Assembly: GCF_006345805.1 (NCBI RefSeq)
Contig: NC_043012.1
Coordinates: 25,048,001 to 25,112,000 of the forward strand
From: Octopus sinensis
Taxonomy: Eukaryota
Reading direction: 5' to 3'
DNA: 64,000 nucleotides
Of the stretch, positions 11,102 through 24,946 are shown in pieces (the stretch's first letter is position 1; each line of letters starts with the position of its first letter). The notes under the pieces are model-generated. The model saw only the letters and a list, made by a program, of their open reading frames with translations. It made no database searches and had not been told where the DNA came from. The translations under genes were made by a program, and so were the position numbers.

Positions 11102-11157
<56 letters not shown>

Positions 11158-11161
<4 letters not shown>

Positions 11162-12252
11162 CCGTTTTCGTTTCGTCTTGTTCCATGTCTCTGACCTTCC
11201 GTTGTAACAAAATGGCTTTTCCGTTTTCGTTTCTGTTGATTTTTACGTCTTCTTGTGGTGTCCAGTACGTATATATATTTATATATGCATGTATATATAC
11301 ATGTAGATGTCGGTACGTACATATATGTTTGTATGTATGCATATATTTTATTTATTACACTATTGTCTGACAGCGATTCGCGTCAGGTTCGTTTGAATTT
11401 TCGATTTTTCGAATTCTCACTTCGTTCCGTCTCTTTCATCCCAGTTTGTTTTATAGTTTACTACAATGATGCGAAATTCTCTCCCTTTGCTTTGCCTTCC
11501 CCCTCTCTCTCTCACTTTCTCTCTCTGCCTCACCCTTCTCTCTAGCCGCTTGTCTTCCTCTATCTGTCTCTCTCTCTCTCCCACTCCTCCTCACTTTCGT
11601 CACTGCTAATCTTTTCGCCTGTTGCATTCAGACCCTAAGGTCATGTTTCCCAGCGCTCGCCAGTTACCTTCTCGTCCCCGCCAGAACAAAGGCCTTCGTT
11701 CGTCTTTTTCGTTTGTTCTCTTGTTTATTTTGATTTCTCGTATTGTAATTTAATTCTCGTTTTGTATTTTTTTGTATATGTATCTTTAATTTTTTTTTCT
11801 TGTATTTTTTTCGTGCATTTCTTTGTTTACGTCCCTTTTCGTGTTACATTTTTTCCTTTCTCGTTTTACCCCTCGCTACGAGGTTATTTTATTTTAATTC
11901 TCTCGTAGGAAGGCCTAGCATGGCCAGACGTGTTCTGCTGCCTTCGCTTCGAACACACGCTATGTCTGCTAGCGACAGCTGATGAAGGGGATTTTTCCTT
12001 GTGCAGCATGTCCTGTACTTCGTTTTTCTGCTGTACATAATTGTTTTTCCTTCCGTTCGTTTGGTCCTTGTTCCACGTCTCTGTCCTTCCGTTGTAACAA
12101 AATGGCTTTTTTCCGTTTTCGTTTCTGTTGATTTTTACGTCTTCTTGGGTGTCCCTGTACGTATATATATTTATATATGCATGTATATATACATGTAGAT
12201 GTCGGTACGTACATAATGTTTGTATGTATTCATATATTTTATTTATTACACT
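11158..12252 (+). mobile_element. Non-coding element bounded by ~205-bp direct repeats (11158-11362 / 12045-12252)
   Basis: ccttccgttgtaacaaaatggc...catgtagatgtcggtacgtacat...tttattacacta duplicated; interior non-coding; related tail at 37740-37880. Confidence 0.7.
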
Positions 12253-12573
12253 ATATATATATATATCCATCTATCCATCTATCTATTTATCTATCAGCAT
12301 ATCTACTTATCTATATATCTATCTATCCATCCATCTCCATTGTCATGGAACCTCGCCCTAAAAGCAAACAACATGTTCTCTTCTAAACAAAACCCCCAAA
12401 GATACCTGTTTTATATAAATGTACAAGCTGTTTGTACAATCACAAAATTCCGTTTGAAAAGTTCGAGAAACGAAGGAAAGCGCTATTAATAATGGAGAGA
12501 TAAAAAGATTTATTTCCAAAATTCTGACGTCTTTTTTCTCCATATATATATATTATATATATATATATATGAT

Positions 12574-12606
<33 letters not shown>

Positions 12607-12611
12607 CAGAG

Positions 12612-12669
<58 letters not shown>

Positions 12670-12934
12670 GAGAAAAGAACAGTAATGGAGGTGCTAATAG
12701 ATATAAAATACGAGACACCTCCTGGGGTAGAGTAATCGACACTATCCAGCCTTGTTCTGAGTTAATTGTTTTTGCCGATGACTGAAATCATTAGTATGGC
12801 TTTTTGGTATTGTTTTATTATCATTTTTGTTACTTTTGTTATTGTTGTGTCTGCTTGTTGTTCTTTATGCTGACTAATATCCGCGTCTTAAATCTCACTC
12901 TCTTGCTATTACTGCAAGCAATTTTCGTTGACGA

Positions 12935-12969
<35 letters not shown>

Positions 12970-13144
12970 CCACCACAATCATCATCATCATCATCATCAT
13001 CAACATAATCCTCCTCCTCCTCCTCATCATCATCATCATCATCATCACCCTCATCGTCGTCGTCGTCGTCATCATCATCATCATCATCATCATAATCCTC
13101 CTCCTCCTCATCATCATCATCATCATCATAATCCTCATCATCAT

Positions 13145-13175
<31 letters not shown>

Positions 13176-13194
13176 GTCGTCGTCGTCATCGTCG

Positions 13195-13229
<35 letters not shown>

Positions 13230-13290
13230 TTCATCTTCATCTTCATCATCATCATCATCACCAGCGTTATCGTCCCCTTCATCACGACCA
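12935..13290. repeat. (CAT)n/(CGT)n/(CCT)n trinucleotide mosaic
   Basis: Visible array; source of poly-I and poly-M ORFs. Confidence 0.95.
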
Positions 13291-13807
13291 TTGCCGTGGT
13301 TTTTTTTGTTTATTCTCTTTCTAATATGTTAATTATTCAAACATTTTAAGCGTGCCAAAAGCGAAAACAAGAAAGAAATGAAATATTGTTATTATTAACA
13401 AAAAAGAATATTTTCATTCTGTTATTGCCGACATTTTGCTTATTATTATCATCACAATTAGGTGTTGTAAGTTCCAGACTTAACTGGAATTGTGCCTAAA
13501 TCACAAATTTTCCTTATTATCATGATTATTTACACGGTTCCTGTTATCATTATCATCGTCAATCTTTACTACTATAGGCAGAACGCCTGGAATATGCGAG
13601 AGAGGGAGGTTTGTTGAGTATATCGTCCTCGGTGCCAACATGATTATTATTTAACGAACCCGGAAAGATGACAGGCAGTGTTGACGTCGGTGAAATTTGA
13701 ACGCAGAACGGACGAAATGCCGCTAAGTACTTTGTTTGGCCTGCTAGCAATTCTTCCAGAACACCACCACCACCGCCTACAACAACAATAAAAGCAACAA
13801 CAAAAGT

Positions 13808-13985
13808 GTGGCCCAATGGTTAGGGCAGCGGACTCGCGGTCGTAAGAACGCGGTTTCGATTCCCAAACCAGGCACTGTGACAGTTTATTGAGCAAAAACA
13901 CCTAAGCTCCACGACGCTCAGGCGGGGGCGGGGTGAACCCCGCTGTATCTTTCACCATAACTTTCTCTCACTCTTTCTTCATACT
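13808..13985 (+). mobile_element. SINE family C, 3'-truncated
   Basis: tggcccaatggttagggcagcggactcgcggtcgtaagaacgcggtttcgattccc matches the 6808 head. Confidence 0.8.
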
Positions 13986-14384
13986 TTTGCCACAAAGCAG
14001 AGGAACCATGGTGTAACCCACTAAGGTGTGGTAACCTTTCAGACCCTAGTCTAGATTGCGAATCCTCTGTACCCCAGGATGGTTCAGCTCTCCATCAGAT
14101 AAAAGCCACCGTTTACGGAATGAGCATAATAAAGTAGCTTTCCCGCCCGTGCAACCGCCAGTCTATTGCGTGTGGTGGGTGTATCTTCAAGTTGCCACAC
14201 GCATTCTTAGTAGCTTAGAGTAGGCTCGATTTAGAGATTAATCTTTGTGGCTAATGGCGTGAGTCCTGGTCGGAAGAAAAAGAAGAAGAAGAAGAAGAAG
14301 AAGAAGAAGAAGAAGAAGGAGAAGAAGAAGAAGACAACAGTAGCAACAACAACTTGATACAGTAGGATAGTAGCTACACTGGAA

Positions 14385-14985
14385 AATATGTACACGGTAC
14401 AAATTCGGCACTCCTGCTAATCGGTATGAACATCATCCTGAGCCAGTTGTTGAAAGTAAGAAGGTCACCATCCTCTGGAATATTTCCGGTCAACACTTAC
14501 AGAACAAGGTTAATCAACCAAACATAATTACTAAAGACAGAGAAGAAAATAGTTGCAGACTAATAGATGTCCCTACAAAGAAAAATATATCTGTAAAGGA
14601 ATTTCACAAACCTAGTAAATATTAGGACCTGGAAATTGAAAACAAAAAAAAAGTGAAATCTTAAAGAAAGAACGGTTCCTGTTATTGTAGGTGCGCTAGG
14701 TATGGTAAAAAAAAGTATGTCACAAACATTTAAACAACATCCCAGGTGAACTATGTCTCACAGAGATGCAAATGATTGAGCTGACAAGTTCTATTCATAT
14801 ACTTACAACAACCCAATCAATTTGAATGTTTGTGTTTTATTATATAGAGGTATTTCCCAACTACCCTCGCCGCTTCCCTTTCCAAAGCAATCAGTTACTT
14901 GCCTTAGGGCGCTGGGTGCGTGCCGGCAAGTCAATGTATCAAATACGCAGATTAAAAGTAAATAAAAACAACAATAATATTAATA
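14385..14985 (+). mobile_element. R4/Dong-type non-LTR retrotransposon 3' fragment, decayed
   Basis: Translates to YEHHPEPVVESKKVTILW...PVIVGALGMVKK...IPGELCLTEMQ; 3' UTR ends in (AAT/GAT)n. Confidence 0.85.
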
Positions 14986-15147
14986 ATGATGATGATGATG
15001 ATTTCAATTATTTGCCAAAAGGGCGAAGGATGAAGGGACAATAAAAACACAGACATAAAGTATGGTTGTTTATATATAATGAAATTATAAAAAAATGAAG
15101 GATGTATACGCGATATACACTGAAAAGAAGGGACATATGTATTATTA

Positions 15148-15179
<32 letters not shown>

Positions 15180-15214
15180 GTTGTTGTTGTTGTTGTTGTT
15201 TGTAGTTACTTTTG

Positions 15215-15275
<61 letters not shown>

Positions 15276-15938
15276 CTTTTAATCACAATAATCAACTTCA
15301 CCACCAACATTACCATTACCGCCAATACCAAAAGCTGTCATTCAACATCATCATCTTTATCCTTTTTCTCCCTCCTATCCTTCTCCTCCGTATCGACATC
15401 TACATCATCGATTCCAACCATCATTACCCCCACGACGACGACGACGAGCACCACCACCATTTTCAATCATCATCATCATTATCATAATTCTTCATTTCAT
15501 CATTAAAACCAACAATGGCAACCGCCGGCAGAACATAATAATTATTTCCGTTTTCCATTTTGCATCTAGCCAAAGCCATCTCTCCAATTCACGACACACA
15601 AAGCAAAATTATACAACATGTTGTGAAATTAATATGGAAATTAAAGGAGGAACAAAGAGAATATATCAAACATTAATTTTATGAAGAGGAGGCTTGACTC
15701 GAATAACTAAACTTGGATCAAAACTTAAGCCTAGGCAAGAAGAGGGTGTGAGGGATAATGTTGCTGTTAATAATGATTGTAGTGATGATGATGTTGAAAG
15801 CGCTGATGGTGAACTATAAGTATACACAACACAAAAATATGTATGTATATATATATATATATATACATACATACGTACATACATACATAATACATACATA
15901 CATACATACATACATACATACATACATACATACATACA

Positions 15939-15969
<31 letters not shown>

Positions 15970-16040
15970 CATAAGGCACCAAGGTGGCGGAAACATTAGC
16001 ATGCGGGCAGGTGCCATGCATAGCGGTATTTCCTCTGACT

Positions 16041-16390
16041 AGGCGGCGAGCTGGCAGAAACGTTAGCACGACGAGCGAAATGCTTAGCGGTATTTCGTCT
16101 GCGTTACGTTGTGAGTTCAAATTCCGCCGAGGTCGACTTTGCCTTTCATCCTTTCGGGGCCGATAAATTAAGTACCAGTTACGCACTGGGGTCGATGTAA
16201 TCGACTTAATACCTATGTCTGTCCTTGTTTGTCCCCTCTGTGTTTAGCCCCTTGTTGGTAATAAAGAAATAGGTATTTCCTCTGTCTTTACGTTCCGAGA
16301 TCAAATTCCGCCGAGGTCGACTTTGACTTTCATTCTTTCGGTACGTACTGGGGTCCATATAATCGACTGCGCCGCCCCCCAATTTCGAGC
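16041..16390 (+). mobile_element. SINE family B plus partial tandem duplicate
   Basis: Full consensus 16041-16275, then a second caaattccgccgaggtcgactttg block. Confidence 0.9.
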
Positions 16391-16407
16391 TATGTGACTA
16401 GAGTAGA

Positions 16408-16488
<81 letters not shown>

Positions 16489-16795
16489 ATGCATACATAT
16501 GTACATATATATGTATGTGTATATATAATGTGTCTGTATACATTAATATATATATATATATATATGCACGTATATCTATTTACTTTAATATTTCTTTTCA
16601 TATACTTATAGATATATACATATATACATATACATATTTACACAAACACACACACACACACATACACAGACTTACACACAAACAGTTTAGTTCTGTCCAA
16701 TGCAACTTATCTACTACATATGTGTGTGCATGTTTTGTATCTATATGCATCTGTATCATGTGTACGCGTCCTACTCGTATATGCACTTTCATATA

Positions 16796-16872
<77 letters not shown>

Positions 16873-17221
16873 AAGTATTAATCGCGCTCGTTGTTGTGTG
16901 AGTAGAGGAAACTCTTTCTAAAATTTATATGCTCCTTATATGTAAGTACTGCGAATTAATCGAAACAACATGGATGACAGCGTGGGAAGGGAGATAATCT
17001 AAATGGTTAGGACGAATACATTCGGAAGTTATGTATAAAACGTATAATAAAATTATGGATAAATGTTTAAAAAAATTAGGGTTGGCATAATTACACATAT
17101 AAAATTGAATCTGAACAGGAATAGGCATAGGAAGTGTTGCCAATATGGAATCACTACAATTGTAAATATAGGACACACACACACACACACACACACCACA
17201 CACACACACATACATTACATA

Positions 17222-17290
<69 letters not shown>

Positions 17291-17487
17291 GAGGATGTGG
17301 TGAGTTTGATAATTCGCGTCTAAATTATTTTTTATTGATTTAGATATTATCAGTAGGATAATTAAATTATTTTACCATTTTTTCTTTGTGGAGATGGAAC
17401 TACTGTATAACGTTTATTGATGAACGGGTCGATAGCTCTTACTAAAAATAGTCGCGGTTTGTGTATGCATTTGTATGTGTATGTGTG

Positions 17488-17805
17488 TGAGGGCGCGTAG
17501 CTTAGTGGTTAGGGCATTCGGCTCATGATCGTAAGGTTGTGAGTTCGATTCCCGGCGACGCGTTGTGTCCTTGAGCAAGACACTTTATTTCACGTTGCTC
17601 CAGTCCACAAGCTGGCAAAAATGAGTTGTACTTGTATTTCAAAGGTCAGCCTTGTCACTCTCTGTGTCACGCTGATTATTCCCCGAGAACTACGTTAAGG
17701 GTACACGTGTCTGTGGAATGCTCAGCCATTTGCACGTTAATTTCACGAGCAAGCTGTTCCGTTGATCGTATCAGCTGGGACCTTCGTCGTCGTAACCGCG
17801 GAGTC
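17488..17805 (+). mobile_element. SINE family C2 (tRNA head, CORE-like gtgtccttgagcaagacactt, tail shared with C)
   Basis: tagcttagtgg A box, gagttcgattccc B box; 3' 180 bp homologous to 7010-7190. Confidence 0.85.
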
Positions 17806-18249
17806 TTTAAATGTGTATGTGTGCGGGTATTTCATAATGGAAGTATTTTTAACAACTATATTAAAATTTGGGTTAATAGGAACAGTGTTTAATTATGTCT
17901 TTTTCGTAGTCTTAGATACTACAGTTAAAATATAATCCATAATTTTTTTATCCGTTTCCGACTGAGCGAAATTAGGCTGCGATGAGAGGTAAAATTAACT
18001 AGAATAGTGCGCTTAAATTTAAATAATGTACGGGTGGGTCGTTCTGCACAAATAGCTACGTGAATTAATCAGTTTTAAATAAGGAATATTAAGTTGACTT
18101 TGATAGATTAATTCACCGCAAAATTCTTGGTGGGTAGGATCTTGATTGAAGTAAGGTAATTAGCATTAGATTAAAGATATTTATTGGGGCTTTGATTGAG
18201 CCTGCATGCAAATAGTACATTGAGATTATAAATATATATAATATATATA

Positions 18250-18301
<52 letters not shown>

Positions 18302-18711
18302 GCTCGTGTGTGTGTGTGTGTGCATACGCGCAGGGGGAGGTTTGTACTAAGAGGATTACTTCCCGAACACAACATGGTTCCGGTTTTTTCAGTCCCACTG
18401 TATGACACATTTGGCAAAAATCATTCTACTATAGCCATTGGGCAATCAAAGACATGTGAATGGATTTTGTATACGGAAACTGAAAGAAGCTTATCGCAGA
18501 AGCTTATATATATATATATCAAGTAAAGGTAATAAACATTAAGGGATCATAAATCCACTGAAAATACTAGTTACCAATCTATAGAAAGATCAACTATAAG
18601 GTAGCCATATAAACCATGTTTCATATATATATATTTATTTAAAGAATAAGGAGAAAATAGAGAAGTAATTAATAATTATTAATTACCACCACTCATTTTC
18701 TCCTTATTCTT

Positions 18712-18788
<77 letters not shown>

Positions 18789-19361
18789 ACATATGTGTGT
18801 GTGTGTCTTATGCATGTGTTTTGTTTTGTCCCTCGCGACCTCTTGTCAACCGGTGTGGGTCCGTTTACATCCCCGTCATTCGGCGGTACCGCAAGGGTGA
18901 CCGATGTAACTATCAGGCTTCAAAATATAAGTACCTGGTCCATCTGTTCGAATAAACCCTTCAAGACAATACCCCAACATGTGCGCAGTCCACTAACGTC
19001 AGTACGTAAGACGTGAAATATATACACATAGAGACGTGCACATCTGTGTGTGTGTTTTCGTGTATGTGTGTGTGTGTGTGTGTGAGGAAAAGAGAGAGAG
19101 GGAAATCACGACAAACGCACGTTTATGCTGCGTCTTCCTACATACGTTTCAGCATTGTAGTTAACAGGAAACTCTGCACTGCATACTCCTTATGCAATTA
19201 AATACTGACTACATTGGACCAACGTGAAACATTTTATTGCACAATGTTACTTGATTGCAATATATCTTACTTTCTTCCAAAATACTTATAAATTATCCGA
19301 CTCCAAACATTAGTTCTCTGTCAAATAATGCAAGAAAGTGTTCCATGATGACCCGTTGTGT

Positions 19362-19960
19362 TTAAGCATCGAATTGCACCAGGAACATCCGATGAAGAAT
19401 TCCAGATATTCAAACAGATAAACGTGCGTAGGAATACAGGATATAAAGTTAAGTTTACCATCGTAACGACTACTACTAAGTATAGTAGCGGATGAATCAG
19501 TGCGTAGAAAGAAGATGGATGAAGATAATCTACGGGGAACTCTAAACGGTAGTAGTCATATATCTAATGATACATACTAGATACGCTACAACACACACAC
19601 ATGCACATACACACACGTACACTTACACCCATCCGCACGGATATACCACACAAATATATATGTATGCGTGTATGTACATATATATGTATGTGTGTATGTG
19701 TGTGTGTGTGTGTGTATGCATGTGTGTGTGTTGTAGCGTATCTAGTATGTATCATTAGATATATGACTACTACCGTTTAGAGTTCCCCGTAGATTATCTT
19801 CATCCATCTTCTTTCTACGCACTGATTCATCCGCTACTATACTTAGTAGTAGTCGTTACGATGGTAAACTTAACTTTATATCCTGTATTCCTACGCACGT
19901 TTATCTGTTTGAATATCTGGAATTCTTCATCGGATGTTCCTGGTGCAATTCGATGCTTAA
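19362..19960. repeat. Perfect inverted duplication, 244-bp arms (19362-19605 / 19717-19960)
   Basis: Arms compared line by line with no mismatch seen; 111-bp CA/TG-rich spacer. Confidence 0.95.
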
Positions 19961-20273
19961 TTCGATGCATATATATATATATATATATGCATATATATAT
20001 ATATATGAATGGATGAACGGATGTATCTGTATGTGACCATCACGTGACCGACCAGTCCATCAGATGTAGTTACACATCGCTGGTCACAATGCGTTTGCAT
20101 TGTTTTAGCCTTCTAATGACGCCACCCCGCTGGCTAAGCGAGCAGGCCAATCTGTATGTAAATGTAGTATATATAAATGTGTACATGCACTCACTATTTT
20201 CATATGTAATTATATAACTGTTTGCATGTAGATATATAATGTACACACATGCACATGCTTATGGATATATATA

Positions 20274-21140
20274 TACAGGGTAGGATGGGTAAATTGTCAC
20301 CATTTTGTACTTTTAATTTCACGTATTGTTTGTTTTTGATTTTTGTTGATTACACAGCATAGTATGATTAATTAGGCATCGTCTGTGAGGAAAATAGCAC
20401 CATGATGCAATTCACTTTGCCAGAAATTTGGAAACGACATGCTGTACTGCTTGGCATTGGCGCTAGAAGCTCCAGTACGAACAGATGGTGAATACACATA
20501 ACAGTCGTTGTCCCCAAAACATGTACCGAGAGTGATCAAACTCAAACATCCAGACATAATCACGGCGTTTGGAGTGATGACTAGTGATGACGACGTTATG
20601 CTTCCATTCATCTTCCCACACGGCCCTAGATTCAACATGGAGTCATATATCAAGTGCCTGGAGAAGGTAGTGCTGCTCTGGATCAAGAGGGCGCCTGCTG
20701 GAAGACCCTATATCTGGCAACATGACACTGCACCAATCCACGCAAGTAGGAGAACCGAGTCATTGCTGTCAGACAATTTCAGCAAAGACATCACCCCTAA
20801 CATCTGGTTACCTAAGTCCCTAGACTGCAACCCTCTTGATTATTATGTTGTGTGGGTGGGCAGTTGAGCGAGCAACCAGCAAAACTCCTTCAAAAAAATA
20901 AAGATGAACTGAAGGCAAAGATTATGTCAGCATTCAGCAACTTAAAGGAGAACTTCCAGAAGAGTCGCAGGAAATTCCAAAGTCGTCTGGAGGGTGTGGT
21001 TGAAGCAAAATGGCGATTTTATTGAATTAATTTACTCTTTAGTATTACAAGAAATTTTCTGTAATATTGGTAAATATATGTGTTGGATGTCAGTGTTATT
21101 TTCATTTTTGCGTTATTTAGACGACAATATATTCACCCTA
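20274..21140 (+). mobile_element. Tc1/mariner element (maT/DD37D-like), internally deleted
   Basis: KHP..IT.FGVMTSDDDVMLPFIFP...YIWQHDTAPIH...WLPKSLDCNPLDYYV; degenerate TIRs cagggt..aaattgtc / gacaatat..accct with TA flanks. Confidence 0.85.
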
Positions 21141-21951
21141 TATATATATATATATATTATATAATATATATTATATATATATAATATATATATAATATAC
21201 ATATGCACATGTGCATATATACATATACATACATACATACATGCATATATATGTATCTATATTTGTGTCTGTGCGTGCGAGTGTGTACTTAAAGCTAAAT
21301 TACTAATTTCATCTCGCGTACTGTCGGTGTAATGAGGCGTAAAAACTAAAAGGAATATTTAAATACTTCTGCTTATAAGTTTCCCCTTGTTTGTGCATAT
21401 CGATGCCAGAAATGCTGCTTTGAAGTATTCCTAATAATTGCCAGAACCATTTTAATTATGACGTTAGCAAAGATTTTTAAGGAGACATGACAACGACAGT
21501 AAATGTATAATAATCTTGACTTAAGTATGACGATGACTCGGCAGAACGTTAACACATCAAAGAAAACGCTTTGCGTAATTTTTTCCAGGACATTACGTTC
21601 CGCGTTCAAATCCTACCGGGGTCAACTTTGTCTTTCATTCCTTTGGAGTCAATAGAATAATGTACTCGTGAAATAGTGGTGTTCACTCGCTTCAGAATTG
21701 AACACCGCAACGGACCAATGACCCGTTGCAGGGAAATGTTTCATTCTCAATTACTTATCCGCTCTTTGAATCCGAGTAACAGGACTTGATGAAAAAAAAA
21801 AACTGAAATATTATAGTCGCAGGCATAGCTGTGTGGTAAGTTTGTTTCTCAAACACATGGTTCTGGCAGACCAAAGCTTTGCGGATAGGTTTGACAGTCT
21901 GAAGCTGCAAAAGACCCATCGTACACACACACACATACTCACACACACACA

Positions 21952-21991
<40 letters not shown>

Positions 21992-22150
21992 TCTCTCTCT
22001 CTCTCTCATACACAGCAAAACAAATAGTAAATATTGTCACTGTGATTCTCTGAATAACCATCCTTAAAAAATGTTTAACCACGAAACAACACTTTTCTCC
22101 CATTAGAAAAAGAAAAGAAAAAATGATTCTGACAATATATACCAAACACA

Positions 22151-22199
<49 letters not shown>

Positions 22200-22437
22200 C
22201 TAGCGAAACTGTGAATAAGAAGCTTCCCACTCAATTCAAAAGACTTATTTTAAATAGAATTCCTGAAAAGTGACCTCTTGGAGCCGACCCCAAACCTACA
22301 TGGACAAAAGAAGATCGATAGAATAAATGCTGGTGTCAAATCGTTCGGCTCTAAAATAAACTTCCACTAAGAACTCAAACTTTTAAACACACAACTTCCC
22401 TTTTTTCCTCTCTGAGTTCCCCCAAAATTCTTTCTAT

Positions 22438-22472
22438 TATCTGATGAGATGGATTCATCAAAACCGGTTATA
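22438..22472 (+). ncRNA. Decayed minimal hammerhead (G12A)
   Basis: tat-CTGATGA-gatg(gatt)catc-AAAAC-cg-GTT-ata; palindrome aaccggtt. Confidence 0.55.
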
Positions 22473-22499
22473 TTATTAATTTCTCACTGCAACAAAAAT

Positions 22500-22720
22500 A
22501 TTCTTTTCTACTCTAGGAACAAGGCCAGAAATTTCTGTGGGAGGAGGCCAGTCGAATAGACCGACCCCAGGGCATAACTGGTACTTATTTTATCGACCCC
22601 GAAAGGGTGAAAGGCAAAGTCGACCTCGGTGGAATTTGAACTCAGAAACATAGCGGCAGACGAAATGCCACTGAGCATTTCGCCCGGCGTGCTAACGTTT
22701 CTGCCAGCTCGTTGCCTTAC
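22500..22720 (-). mobile_element. SINE family B
   Basis: Reverse complement of B consensus ending ttctgccagctcgttgcc. Confidence 0.85.
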
Positions 22721-23191
22721 AGTGACATAAATGTTTTTTTTTAAATATTAAACATTCTCTAAAATATACTTTTGTGCCTTTTCCAAATTTATTTATATTT
22801 TCAACTATAAGTTTTGACGTGTATGGATTCTTAACCTATTTTCTACTATTTGTGTGTGTGTGTGTGTGTGTGTGTGGTGTATGTGTGTGTATTTCTTTGT
22901 GTCTATGTTTGTCCTCCATCACCACTTTACTTCCGGTACCAGAGTGTTTACATCCTCGTCCGTTAGCGGTTCAACAAAAGGAGAACAATAGAATAAATGT
23001 TTGCGTCAAGTTGTTCGGCCGAAATTCTTCGAGGCGATGCTCCAGCATCGGCGCGGTCTAGTGACTGACAGAAATTAAAGCTTGTTTTTGTCCTTTTCCT
23101 CTGCAATTTAATCTTAACACTGTTGTAAGAAGCCACGTTTATTGCCATGAATATATTTATATGAAAATATGCCATTTCAAATATTTTTTAG

Positions 23192-23272
23192 GTGTTACAT
23201 GGAATGTTCTATTCCGTCAAGTCGAATGACTAGGAACAGGTACCCTCATTGTATCGTAAAATCGCAGACCAG
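23192..23272 (+). CDS. Candidate internal exon (81 bp, phase 2-2), product unrecognised
   Basis: ttttttag acceptor, CAG|GTGAGA donor; one open frame CYMECSIPSSRMTRNRYPHCIVKSQT. Confidence 0.3.
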
Positions 23273-23399
23273 GTGAGATACAGGGGTACGTGCCGCGCCG
23301 TTACAGCACACACCGTTACAGCATACCGTTACACACACCGTTTGTCAGTAACTGCTCAGATTTTCCCAGGAAACCATCTTTACTCTTTCTCTCTCTCTT

Positions 23400-23582
23400 T
23401 TACTCTTTTACTTGTTTCAGTCATTTGACTGCGGCCATGCTGGAGCACCGCCTTTAGTCGAGCAACTCGACCCCGGGACTTATTCTTTTCGTAAGCCCAG
23501 GACTTATTCTATCGGTCACTTTTTGCCGAACCGCATCGGTTGTCAAGCAATGCTAGGGGAACAAACACAGACACACAAACAC

Positions 23583-23657
<75 letters not shown>

Positions 23658-23817
23658 ATACAGGCTTCTTTCAGTTTTCGTCTACCAAATCCACTCACAA
23701 GGCATTGGTCGGCCCGGGCTGTAGCAGAAGACACTTGCCCAAGATGCCACGCAGTGGGACTGAACCCGGAACCATGTGGCTGGTTAGCAAGCTACTTACC
23801 ACACAGCCACTCCTGCA
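23400..23817 (-). mobile_element. SINE family A, full length, near consensus
   Basis: Head gcaggagtggctgtgtggtaag...ggttcagtccc; internal (TA)n; tail cagcatggccgcagtcaaatgactgaaac. Confidence 0.92.
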
Positions 23818-24897
23818 TATTGTCTCAGTCAACTTCCATTTGCGCGAGTCACTTCCTCATCCACGGTGACCATGGGGTACGAGGCTAACGAAAACGAGGC
23901 TTTAATCCAACCGGATCCTCAGAGAAGAGAATTCTGTACGCAGGATCCAAGTTCGAAAATCAAGCGACGTGCTCAAACATTTGACTCACCCAAATCATAC
24001 AAGTAATAGCAAACGTTTACATTCAAATTTAAAGAATGATATCTAAGCGCGTGGTAATGTAAATTAACAAAATTAAACATTTTTCGTGATCAATTGTTTT
24101 TATAATGAGATTTTGCGAAATTTTTATTGCGTTTATCCGTGTGTGTGTTATGTGTATAATGAACATTTCGGTAAGTCTTTATTTAAGTTATTACGAGAGA
24201 TAATGTGAATAGAAAAGTCGATATTGGATGAAATATAAATTTTACGATCTAAGACGAAGAGATGAGAGAGAGAGAGACAGAGAGAGACAGAGAGAGAAAG
24301 AGGAAGGGAGGGAAGGACAGAAAGAATTCGAGAAAAATATATTATAAAATTTGTAGTTGAGCAGACGACCTGAAAGAAGGCAAGTTAATGAAGTACAAAG
24401 TGGGAATGTGAGGGCCCTGATTAAAAAACACAGTTCTAATTATTAAAATATTACCAAATCAACCTCAGGTCAAATTTACTTGTTTTTTGTGTCTATATGT
24501 ATGTATATTTTAGTGAAAGAAGAAAAAAATATCGCAGTGTAAAATAATAATGGATTGTCTTGATAGCAAGACATTTTGCATCAAGTTTCTTAAGGCTCGA
24601 TTCCAACGAAATTAGCAGATCCATTATTAACGAGATGAGATATAAAATAATGTTTAACAAGACCCCCTTCGAGCAACAGATGTAGCGTGCTACTTTGAAA
24701 ATACCTTTGTCGTTACGTCAGTTAATGACAGACACGTGATTTCAACTCACTTCAACAGGGATTAACTCTGAATTACTAACGCAATCAGACGAAAATTATC
24801 TGTTATTCCTCGGAAGCAACAATTTGACTTACAAGCTCTTTTTTGATGCATATACACATCAAAATATGCACGTGATGTACTTAATTATAACTACTGC

Positions 24898-24946
<49 letters not shown>

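Noticed and set aside
11985-12020. CTGATGA hammerhead core (also 37742)
   Set aside because: No GAAA or NUH after the putative helix II.
18570-18600. ctgaaaa...gaaagatc hammerhead remnant
   Set aside because: G8 missing; helices I and III do not pair.
23290-23345. ccgttaca repeats with short spacers
   Set aside because: Short local slippage; spacers far too short for CRISPR, and the context is eukaryotic.
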